The notes beneath the pieces were generated by a model that worked only from the letters and a program-made list of their open reading frames with translations, was not told the origin of the DNA and did no database searches. Positions 1 to 10,467 of a stretch of 64,000 bases of DNA are shown here, piece by piece. Numbering within the stretch: position 1 is the stretch's first letter; the number at the start of each line of letters is the position of its first letter. Source of the stretch: Oikopleura dioica (lineage: Eukaryota > Animalia > Chordata); assembly GCA_907165135.1 (NCBI GenBank), contig OU015568.1:6510001-6574000 (forward strand). The letters are read 5' to 3'. The translations under genes were made by a program, and so were the position numbers.

Positions 1-451
1 CACCCCCTCCGCCAGCACCGTCAGCTGCTCCGCCACCTCCAGCGATTCCATCAAAGCCAGCACCAACCGAGGAAAAGCCGACACTTCTCCGTGAGCTTGA
101 AAGCTCGCAGTTGAATTTGATCCAAATGATTCAAGGTAAAAATTTTTACCAAGCCACGTATCTACAAAAAATATAGAAGGTCCGCAGCTCCGTCACGTGA
201 GCGTCACCGACAGAGCTCCTCCTCCACTGAGTCCACGCTCTAAAGTCATGAAAAATCTCCTGGAGAATCCAAAATCAAATCTGAAGCATGTCCCGACCCC
301 GCCTCCGAAACAGGCTCCAGTTTTCGGGGACTACTTTCTCTCGTCGCTAGAAAAGCAGCTTCAAGAGATCAAAAGAATGACCCACTCCGATAGCGAGTAT
401 GAAAATGAAAATGAGCAAGATGATGCTTGGGATGAGGAAATTTTCTTTTAA
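1..451 (+). CDS. 3' end of a WASP/WAVE-family-like actin nucleation-promoting factor (polyproline, two WH2-like motifs, central and acidic-Trp tail); 5' part lies outside the window
   Basis: Frame reads PPPPAPSAAPPPPAIP...LLRELESSQLNLIQMIQ, then an intron from about 137, then PQLRHVSVTDR...MKNLLENPKSNLKHVPT...FLSSLEKQLQEIKR...SDSEYENENEQDDAWDEEIFF*. LRHV and LKHV are WH2-type motifs, and an acidic terminus with a Trp is typical of VCA domains. Confidence 0.6.
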
Positions 452-826
452 ATCAATACCAATAAATAATAAACTAAGAATTCGAAATCGGGGAAAAATA
501 CTCTTCCTTGATTTCAAAATTGATCATCTTTTTTCACGAAGGCAGTGTTTATTCTATCTCACTTTGATGGACAAGAATTTCACTAGAAAAAGAGAAAGAA
601 ACAGAGAATTATCACTTCAGAAAGTATTTGTACAGGGAGTTTTTAAAAGGGAAAGAGCAGTAAAATTGACTTGAAGTCTAAAATTAGATGAATGAGAGAG
701 ATAGAGTTAGGACTCCTAATTTAGGAGGAATTTCCAATTAACAGTAGTCGGAAAAAATAATTGAGAAAAGCAAAACATGATAAACGTTTCATAAACGAAA
801 AAGGATCAAAACGAAATGGGCGTGAT

Positions 827-1505
827 TCATCTCTTGTCCTGAGACTTGAGAAACTCTTCGCGTCTTTTTAGCGCTTCAACAGCGGTGAGCTGGTATGGAA
901 TATTTCCGTGGATTACTTCCAGTCTTGGGTCGCCGTTGACACCGATTGCCACGTCTTCGTATTCGATTATTGCGCTGTCAGCTTCTATTAGGGGAGTTAA
1001 TTCTTGAAGGGTTTGGAGACCGACCTTTTCCAGTTCTTCTCATGCTGTTTTCTAGCGCCGTTTGGGCCATGTAAATTGCGAATTGAGTCGCAGCGGCGCT
1101 GACGCACGAAGGAACCAGATTTCCTATCATCATTTCTGGGCTAGAAAAAGTACTTTAGTCGCTGAAAAAGAGGATTAAAACATACTTGGCTCTGTTTAAA
1201 ACAGCTCTGACGCTGCCAACAGAGAACTTCGACGTGCCGTCATCCATTTTTGGAATTTTCGATTTCACGGGCTCTTTTTGGCCGAGTTTTTCCAGCCGTT
1301 TGCCACCGGGGCTTCCAGCTTTTTTACCAGGCATTTTTCCAGAGGAGGAATTTTCTGTCACCGATTTCGCTGTCTTTTTGGGAGATTTTTTCAGCGGCTG
1401 ATCTGGATCTTCCACGGCGCTTTTGTTCGGCGTTTTCGCCTTCCAGAAGTCGGTGATTTTTCCCTGGTTTTTTGGCGACTCTTTTACAGCGCCATTTTTG
1501 GCCAT
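827..1505 (-). CDS. H2A-like histone-fold protein (CHRAC1/POLE4/NF-YC type) with a basic N-terminal tail containing a PIP-box
   Basis: Three exons joined by short GT-AG introns: MAKNGAVKESPKNQGKITDFWKAK...SKFSVGSVRAVLNRAN PEMMIGNLVPSCVSAAATQFAIYMAQTALENSMRRTGK EADSAIIEYEDVAIGVNGDPRLEVIHGNIPYQLTAVEALKRR. The ATG directly follows cttcag. Confidence 0.65.
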
Positions 1506-1653
1506 CTGAAGAATTAAATCGTAAATTGGAGTATTTGTGGCAAGTTTTGCATACATTTGGTAAGTGAACTTTTCCAGGTTAATAAAAATAAGCTTCACGG
1601 TAGCTACTAGCGCTGAGTGCGTAAAAACAAGCGGCAGTGAAGAACTAGTGCAT

Positions 1654-2792
1654 CTATTTTTGTGTTTCTGCTTGTGTTATTGCTCGTTCTTGGCTCTCGG
1701 CAAGGTTCATGCTCTTTTTGGCGAGCTCTGGGGCTTTTGGCGAGTTGAGTGAGTATTCTTTGAACGGGGGGCGAACAATATCGCCCTGCGATGGAACTTC
1801 TTGATTTCTAGCGAGCTCGAGGGTCGCTTTCCGGCCGTTTTCAAAGCTCAGCTGAACGTTTGTCCGCGACGGATCGCATAGCATCTCCACCAGACCCTTT
1901 GCAGTCTTTTGCTTGTCGGACAACGTCTCTTCTTTATTTTCACTTTCATTTGTCTCGATGCTCATTTGTTTCTGGACAGATGGTCGGTTTGTTTCTGTAT
2001 CCATAGGCTCTGGTTTTCGCGAATTTACGGCGGGCTTGATCTCCAATGATTCTGGCTCATCAACAGACGCTAAAATCGGAATTTGAAAAAGGCAAAGTTG
2101 AAAGTTGAAAGTCGAACCTTGAGTTCGTTGACGCATCTTTTCTTTGAGCGATTCGATGTCGGCAAATGCCTAAAAAATGAATGTTTAGAGAAAATTTCTC
2201 TTTAACTGTTACCTTGGATTTGGCAAGCGCTGGCGCAAGCTGTGGTTGCTCAAACGCAAGTATCTCGGCCATATCTCTATTTGCTGCTTTTTGCGTATGC
2301 TTCAGCTTCATCGCTCGTAACTTCAACGCCTCTGCTGCCGTTATTCTACGCGGGAGCATTCCTTGGAGCTTTTTCATTCTTGGATCGGAAGCGACTGCGT
2401 CTGCCATGTCGTCGTAATCGACTGTGAACTCGTTCGGCTTCTTCGACAAATGGTGCTGGAGGCCCATTTGGAGAACATGTGCGACGAAATGCTTGGCCGC
2501 CAGGGCCAGGTGAGTCGCTGCCGACTTTGAAACTTCATAATCTCTAAAATAGAAAAAAGCATGACTTCCACCGCCTTTGGAAAGCCTCCTACTTGTATTT
2601 TCTCGGTCGCTTGACATATTTCTTGTACAGCTCTTGAATGTGATCCTGCGAGATCATCGCCTTGTTCGCCAAGTTCTGAATGAACTCTTCTCGAATTGCG
2701 ATTTCCATCGCCAATTCTTCCTCCGTCACGAGTTCTACTTCCTCCTCCGATTTCATTTCCGAATCCTTCGGAACAGCCTCGTCCACCTCCAT
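1654..2792 (-). CDS. H2A-like histone-fold protein (CHRAC1/POLE4/NF-YC type) with a long C-terminal extension; paralog of the adjacent gene
   Basis: Spliced: MEVDE...MISQDHIQELYKKYVKRPRKYK DYEVSKSAATHLALAAKHFVAHVLQMGL...TVDYDDMADAVASDPRMKKLQGMLPRRITAAEALKLR. This matches the alpha2/alpha3/alphaC pattern of the family. The 3' exons end at AETQK*. Confidence 0.65.
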
Positions 2793-2860
2793 TTCTATTC
2801 TGAAAAGAGGAAAAAGTGAGAATCAGTAAGAATGAATGGTGATTTTTTTGAACAAGGAAA

Positions 2861-3686
2861 TTATGAAGAAAATACAGCAGGGAACCAGTATTGAATCTCT
2901 TTGGCTGGCGGGGCGTCAGCCCAAACTGTCCCTTCCCGCGCCAGTGTTTCAACCAATGAGCAAAATCGTAGCGAGCTCCAGCCCAAGTCGCGTTCCACTG
3001 AAAAGATGCGAGATTAGCATCTCTCGATTCCCTAAAATCTACCTAAAGACTGGGAGACCATTCCATTGTGTTTGCTCGAATACTCGACCAGTTTTGCCGC
3101 ATCGTCTGAAAACTCGCCCGGAACAGCTTGAACAATCGCTTGGGAGCCTTTCCCGATGACTTGGTAGCCTTTTCCGAGGCTTCTGAGCTTTCCAAGGGCG
3201 GTTTCAATATCGGCCGGTTCTGCTTTCAGGTCTTTCGCGATCGTAGAAAGAGCGATCAAGCCTCCAGTTGCATCTCGGTAAGCCATGCAATACTCGACCA
3301 CGCGCACCGAAAGTTCGTAGTAGAAATCGCCCATTCCAAGCACTTCCGCCCAAAATCCCTTTGAAGATGAAAGTGGATCTACTCCTATTGCAGCGCACAT
3401 TGCCTAAGAAAGTTATAAAAAATGAAAGAAAACAACAAAAAAATACTCTTTCTTTCTGAAAATCGCGGCTTCTCGATTTTTTTACCTGAAATTGCTTTCG
3501 GAAGGCCGGATTCTTTCTTATTTCGCTTCTGTGATTTTTTGCAAAATGCTCGAGTCTCTCTTTGAAGAGCGAAAACTGCTTCTCGACATGTTCAAAATCT
3601 GCTTTTTGTAATTCTTGAGCTTTTTCGGCAGTTTTTTCTTTGATTTTATTGCGATCTTTGATTCCGGCGATTCCGCGTTTTCTCAT
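2861..3686 (-). CDS. SNF8: ESCRT-II subunit SNF8/EAP30/Vps22
   Basis: MRKRGIAGIK...HFAKNHRSEIRKNPAFRKQFQ / MCAAIGVDPLSSSKGFWAEVLGMGDFYYELSVRVVE / VERDLGW...EGTVWAD...QYWFPAVFSS*. Three exons. Confidence 0.93.
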
Positions 3687-4147
3687 TTTCTAAAGAAAAA
3701 TCTGTTTTTTTGTTGGTTTTGGCAGTTTTGAAAAGAAAAATCGTCGAGTTCATCAAGTAAACAAACAAATTCTAGGGGGTAAGCTTTCGGGAATTTCTCT
3801 AAACATCGAAAATAAGAAAATTTGAATTCGTTTATTTTCTACTCGCAGCGTATCAGCGGCGCGGAAAATCTCCCAGAGGAAAATCGATGATTTGCTTTTC
3901 CCAGAAAAAAAATGGGATTATTTTTCTTCAGAGAGAAATTTTGGCGAAAACTATTTTATTTTTTTCTCATAAATTAAAAAACAACCCGCCTATTCATTTA
4001 AACATTATTACTTTATTTGTAGATTGCGCAAATTCTGCTTTAGTTAGTTTTCTAGCGCAAGATTTAATGATTAAAAATTGAGAAATTCCTCATCAGGCCT
4101 TTTTTAATCAACTTTTTCCATCACTAGAATGCTCAAAAAAACTTCCA

Positions 4148-5587
4148 ATGGCACGGAAAGTCGTACCTTTCCCGCCCGAGGCCCTTCCAATCCGCCAGTA
4201 CCTTTACTACATCGTTGCCCTTTTCATCCTTTTTCTTGAATCGAGAAGATGAAGCAGACCTTTGGAATTGTTTCCACAACGGCGAAGAGAGACAGATGCC
4301 AGCCCTACAAGACGGTTCAATTTCAGTTTGTCCAGGAATGCGTGTCAGAAGCTCAAGAAGAATTGAACTTTTTGGAAACACCAGGTTTTTGGTCGATTCA
4401 AAATAGGATGCGGCCTCTCCATTATTTTTTGCGTAAATCTTTTTGGCTGAATTTCTTTTGGTTGTATTTAGCCAATCAGATACTTCAAAAAGACATCTAG
4501 CCAATGAAAAATGGGGTAATGGCCTCTTATCCAATAAGAAAAATCTATAGACATTCCGAGCCAATCAGAAATCTCAAAAAAATTATTCGTTTCTAACGCT
4601 CAGTTTTAGGATTTTCGGATTTCTACAAGGGCCGCGTTGCAGTTTCTTGGACGATCATGACGAAATCTAAACTCGAACCGATCGTACTCATCTTTGAAGA
4701 TTTCTACCTGCCTTGTGATCTCGGTCATTTGGTCATCACAGAGGGACTAGATGAGTCGCAAGAAATCTGTGGAACTGACGACAAATGGCCAGCCATAATA
4801 GGTACAGTTTCATTTCACTTTTCAGTTATTGGAAACAATTCTTCCAGGGAAAAGTACGAACATGAAGCTGTCAATCCAGACAAGTCGGTCAACAATGGAG
4901 TGGAAAATGAAATTAGGCTTTCGAAAAGACGTTCTCGGCGCCTGTGGCAAACTCGTCAAAAATTACCCGAGATCGATAAACCCTTGCATACAAGACGAAG
5001 CTCCTACTAAACCGATCCGGACAAAAGGAAAGATTCCCTTCAAAAATCCTTTCGGAAAGGTAAGAAGCAACATTCTTCAACGATTTCATTCAAAACCTTT
5101 CTTTTTCAGAAAATACCCAAAAAAGTGCCGAAAAAAGACGAACCAGAACTAGAAGAAGAAGAAGTCGAAGGAACGAAAAGTGCCGAGGAAGATCCGAAGA
5201 TTCCCAAGAATTCGAATCCCAAGCCAACTCGAAAAACAACAACGAGGAGTACGACAAAAGAGCAAAACATCGTCCAAGGATACGACCCAATTCATGAAAT
5301 CGGAGCAGAAGAATTGCTCAAATTTCAAAACGATCTGGACACCCGTTATGTAAGTATCTTTCGCTCATCTCTTCTTATTTCGATTCTTACAGTGGAATTT
5401 GGACAGTAGAAATCACCGGGAAGAAAAGGCTGACATGAGTTGGGCGCTTTGGATTGTTCTTTTGCTGATAGTTACTGGAATAGTGTCGATTATTTCGTTC
5501 TACAGAAGGAAATTGAAGAATCTTCATGTTTTGCAAGAAGAAATGGAGTTGCCGGAAACTTCGAGCTCTAGAAAATTGAGAAGATAG
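4148..5587 (+). CDS. Putative single-pass membrane protein with a CUB-like domain; 5' end uncertain
   Basis: CUB-like segments SWTIMTK...IVLIFEDFYLPCDLGHLVITEGLDESQEICG and GKSTNMKLSIQTSRS, a low-complexity stalk, then TM WALWIVLLLIVTGIVSIISF followed by YRRKLK. Exons join in frame (DTRY|WNLDSR). Confidence 0.5.
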
Positions 5588-5777
5588 CCGATTATTCGAA
5601 TTCACATGATTGCCTGTAAATTTCGCCAAAAGCCAAAAAATAAATGATGAAAAAAGTTCAATGAATTTGAAAAGCAAACATTTAAAAACATCAAAAATGC
5701 TCCTGAAGGTGCCAAGTTGGCTTTATTAGCTTTTCAGATTTGTAAAGAAAAAAAATGAAGAGTAATTCGTGGCGAGC

Positions 5778-8700
5778 ATGAATGCGAAAAACGAGAAAGG
5801 CGAGCATGACGAGCATGCGATCCTCTTCCACGGGATCACTTATCTTGGAGCGACGCTGGTCGAGGACGCACGGGACGAGAAAGCCGTGAGGAAGCAGATT
5901 GAGGATCTTTCTGATGAAGAAGGGGGCTTCAATGTGACGGTGTCGATTCCTTCCAGTGCTGATGGCATTTTAAAACTTCTCGAGCCAGGATCGCTTACTG
6001 AAGGAAATGGATGAAAGTTTGAATCTCGGCAAAGTTTGACTGGTCGACATTGTTTTTTAAAGCTTTTGATTCGCTAAAAAACTGGTATAAAATAATTCGA
6101 ATCCATTTGAAAGTGACGTCTTTTTACCTTTTCCGAGTGTTGCAATTTGTGTCGCATGAAGCGAAGCCGGGGCTTATCGGCTTCACGGAGAATTCAGACG
6201 GCGCTTCGACTTACCGCTGCCATGTGCTCAGATGTCAGATTCCTGACGCGGCAGAGAAGATCATGTCCACCGTCTCACAGGCTTTTCGACGTGTTCCTGT
6301 GAGTATACTCCACTATTACTGCTACTGAACTCTCACGTTTTTAAAGACGACATCTGTAACGCTTGAAAACAACACGCACAATCTCGAATTCAACGTCTCT
6401 CTGGAAATTCACGAAGAAGAAAACGGAAAATTCGTGCCGGTTTTGTTCGACAAAGAGTCGTTCAAATTACGCCGCGGTTTCGAAAAGCGAGTCCAAGTTA
6501 CGGTGAACCAGACAGCTGGATTGGTGCTTCCCGTTGAGCGATGCTTCGGGCTGCTTCTTTGTCCGGGAAGACTGGCAAGAGCCGCGGATATGACGTTGTT
6601 GGACATGGAGATGTCCGAGTCAAAGGTACCAAAATCTCAATCCTAACCCTTTTCCAATTTTAGGACGTCCATTCGGCCATCGGAACATGGGACTGTGCCC
6701 ACCCTGCGCTGCGTCTTTTGAACACAGAATCGAAAGGAAATTGCTTCTTCGTTTCTGCTGCTGTCGATCTTGTCTTGTGCGGAATCGCCGATCCAGTCCG
6801 TTTTCTGATAGAGACAAAAGTTCGTGTTTTTCCACAAGAAGAGAAATGGCTCCTTCGAGGATTCAAAGCTAAGCACCAGGAAGAGCAATTCTTCATGAGC
6901 GTGATCGAAAGCAGGCAGAGCTCTGGCGCTGCGAGTTATACTGTCAAATCGATTGAAAGCAACACATCAAGAAATCGAGCTCCAGAAATGTCTCTCCGGG
7001 TGAAGGACGATGACGACGAAGAACCTCTCTCCTCTGGCTTCGGAGCAGTGACACTGGAATGCTCCTCAGAGCGACTGGCTTGGTGGACGAAGGAGCGTAT
7101 CTCCGGCTGGACGGAGAAAAACGTGAGGCCGGAAGGAATCGACGAAATCATTGTAAAATATGGTGTTCCTCACGCGCTCAGGGGAGCGATTTGGCCTCTG
7201 CTTGCGAAAATTAAAGCAGATAAAATGGAAGAGCTGAAAGAAGCGTTCAGAGTGTTGAACACGAGGTGGAGTCCTCATGATCAAGCGATACAAAGAGATA
7301 TAGGAAGCGTTCAAGAGCAATTCTCATTGAAAATTTCCAAACTCATTCTTCTGTAAAAAGTGTTCTTGAACATTGAGAAGGCCGGACATTCCCCGCTCAT
7401 CAATACTTTCAAGAATCCGGCGAAGCTGGCCAAGAAGCCCTGTATCGCGTCTGCAAAGCTTACTCCCTTTACGACTCCGAAGTTGGATACTGCCAGGGCC
7501 AAAGTTTTCTCGTTGCCGCTCTTCTCACCGTACAAATGCCAGAAGAAGAGGCTTTCGCTCTTTTTACAACGATCATGCATGAATACCATTTCAGGTAGTA
7601 AGCGCTTGGTGAATTTATTTAAGACTTTATATAGGGGTTTATATTTACACTCATTTTCCGAACTACGGCTTCGCTTTTGGATTCTTGAGCAACTCGTCGA
7701 ATCTGAACTTCCATCGCTTCATACCCACTTCAAAGATTTAGGTCAGAAATAACAATATTTTCCGATGGATTTGACCAAAAATTATAATAGGAGTGGAAGC
7801 GCACATGTATTCCTCACAATGGTTCCTGACGCTTTTTACCGCTAAGTTTCCTCTTTCGCTCGTTTATCACGTGATCGACTGGTTCTTGTTGGAAGGGCCA
7901 AATGTCATCTATCGCCTGGCGCTTGCTATGCTTAGGACTTGGAGAAGAGACCTGCTTTCTTACGATTTCGAAGGTAGGATTATCTTCCTCGATTTTTTCC
8001 ACTTGTATTTCAAAAGGCGTTCTTCGATTCTTCCGCGTCCATCTGCCTCGCCAGTTTTTGGATGAAGCTTCTGTCATTTCTTTGATAAACGCTGCCAAGC
8101 AAGAAAAACTCTCAGAAAAGAAGGAGCAAAAGCTCAGAAGCGAATGGGAAAAAGCCCAAGATGCTCGAGAAACTCCTGCTCAACGACTAGAGCGAGAAAA
8201 TAAACGGCTTCATTCGAAAGTACTCCGGCTCGATTTTGAAAGCGACCTGGTAAATTAATAAAATTTCAAGCCTTTCTCCTATATTTTTGTAGCTCGTTCA
8301 AAATATGATCGAAAAGGAAAACGCTGCCCAAAAACAGATGGACAAGCAAATGGAAGAATCGAAAAGAGTAAGCGCGGCAAAGTGTGATTATTCTTGATTT
8401 TTGCCTTTCAGATGGGACGCGAATTAGATGCGCTGAGACTTCAGCTTCAAGAAATACGACGCGAGCGTGATAACTTTTCACAACAAGTGGAAAACTTCAA
8501 AGAAGAAAATGAAGAACTCAAGGAGCTCTGGAGAAAGTCAGCAACAATTTCTCCTCTCTTCGTCTAACGATGTGTTTTTAGGGAAGTATTGAGAAGGGAT
8601 ACTGACGCTTCCGAGCTCCGCAACGATATTCTTCGTAAAAACGCATTGATAGCCGATTTGACAGCGTTGAACGAAAGGAATAAGAAGCAGAATGGAGAAG

Positions 8701-8966
8701 GGGGCTCCTCTCGTTCGTCCTTTTCAGAAAATCATGCAGTCTCAGATGGCGCTGTAGAGCTGGAACTCGCTCAGACTAAAGTAAATCATCCCTTTTCCTC
8801 GTTGATTTCATTGTCGATTCTTTTCTAGGTTCGCTTGGTTGAGATTCAATGCAAAAATCAAGACCTGGAACACACAATCCAGGAGTTGGAGAAAAGCCTT
8901 TCCGACGCTAGAAATACTTGGATCAACAAACTTCAAGCCCGAGCCTTGAATTCCGTCAAGAAATGA
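5778..8966 (+). CDS. RABGAP1: Rab GTPase-activating protein 1 (PTB, kinesin-associated, TBC and coiled-coil regions)
   Basis: PTB start LFHGITYLGA; FKLRRGFEKRVQVTV; TBC motifs IQRDIGRTFPAHQYF, VGYCQGQSFLVAALL and MYSSQWFLTLFTAKFP; C-terminal coiled coil. Two GA-AG introns are needed to keep frame. Confidence 0.9.
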
Positions 8967-9450
8967 TCAAAAATCTTCATTTGGTGAAAAATAATTTATC
9001 AAAAGGCTGCAATTTATGAAGCAATTTGCAAATCCCGAAATTTACCTTGAAAAGAAATAACTTCTGTGTATCGTGGAATTATTCCAAAATTAATGATAAA
9101 TCAAATTTGTAATCTTCACTGGTTCCATACTTCGTTCATGTCGCTCAAATGTTGCCTGTTTTCTGCTAAATCTTTCTGTTTCAATTTCAAAAAATGAAAA
9201 TCATTCAGCTTGATTTCATCCACAAAAGTAAAGCTACAGTTACTTAGAGTTGTTTAGCAGCTCGCCACCATTTCTTCATTTATATAATTCTTTTTATATT
9301 TTGATTCAAACTTAATGTTTGGTGACGCCTTTTAGACATGACAATAAATACAGTATTCATTCTTAACAAAAATTTATAATTATTTGAATTTGCGGTTTAC
9401 GGAAAACGTTTGCCGCATTGTGCTCCTGGATGCGGTAGAGGCGGTAAATG

Positions 9451-9621
9451 CAGTGGCACATCCTAAACTGGGCAGGTCGCTTTGTCCATCCGCGGCCCAC
9501 TTTGGGATGTGGTGACTCATGCCATTTCTTTTGCTCTAATAAGAGAAAGCGTTTCTGGAAGCGGCCGCCCCTGCCCAGTTTGGGATGTGGCGGCACCTGC
9601 CCAGTTTGGGATGTGCCACTG
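9451..9621. repeat. GC-rich hairpin element with a 27-bp inverted repeat and internal copies of the same motif
   Basis: cagtggcacatcctaaactgggcaggt (9451-9477) versus acctgcccagtttgggatgtgccactg (9595-9621), one mismatch. tttgggatgtg is repeated internally near 9500 and 9580. Confidence 0.7.
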
Positions 9622-9753
9622 TAGTGCGTGACGCCTACGCATGTGGTGGGTCTCTCGCGCGCCCCAGGTGTATATCACATGTGCGTAGGCGCCTTGTTCT
9701 TCCACCTCGTTGTTTTTTCGGAAACCGCAGTTCACTTGAGTGAATCCATTTAA

Positions 9754-10444
9754 GGGATCCCCCCCTGATTTCCCGAACTTTGACCCCTATCTACTTTTTT
9801 CTGGTCTTACTAATGAGTATGATTAGTAGCGCATTTAAAAGCTCGCTTCAGAATGAACATATTCTGGTAGAATCAGCTTCCTATCCTAACATTCGCTTAT
9901 GCATTAGAGGCCGTCAAAGTGATTAAAGTTGGCGAAAATGGCCATTTTAGACCATTTTCAAATCGTATCTACTTTTTTTAGGGCTTTTTAATCACAGATC
10001 TTTTTGCATCTATAGAGAGCTCAGAGCCTAGACTTAATATTTTGGTAGAATCAGCAAATTTGGATAAGTGAAAAAAAATTTTTCTAATTGTAAAACTTTT
10101 TGAACCCATTTTTGGCATTTTTTTGGAGGTTAAATGCTCTCTAGCGCCAACAAATGGTCGAAAATTCTAGTGCGGTAATTATTTTCGTGATCTAGGCATT
10201 CTAAGCTTTCGATTAACCCCTTATTTGTCCTCTTTTGATAACGATGAAAAACCGAAAAAAATTGCGATTTTCGCGCTAAGTACAATTTACATGCATTTTC
10301 CCAAACTTTGAAAGCCAAAATTTTGGGGAAGCATTAATGTAAACGGGTACTATAATACATCAAAATCATCCTTAGAACACGAGGAATCTAATAATAGGCG
10401 GTAATGATCCACATCAAAGTTTTGAAAAATCGGGGGGTGATCCC
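9754..10444. mobile_element. Non-autonomous TIR element (MITE) with TTAA flanks and GG...CC termini, Kolobok-like
   Basis: ttaa|gggatccccccctgatttcccgaactttga ... tcaaagttttgaaaaatcggggggtgatccc|ttaa. Imperfect TIR of about 30 bp, internal direct repeat tggtagaatcagc, no transposase ORF. Confidence 0.75.
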
Positions 10445-10467
10445 TTAATCCGTTCATCATTTCAGAG

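Noticed and set aside
2374-2952. 192-aa minus-strand ORF in the track
   Set aside because: It crosses the SNF8 last exon, the spacer and the histone-fold exons in alternative frames. The conserved proteins are in other frames.
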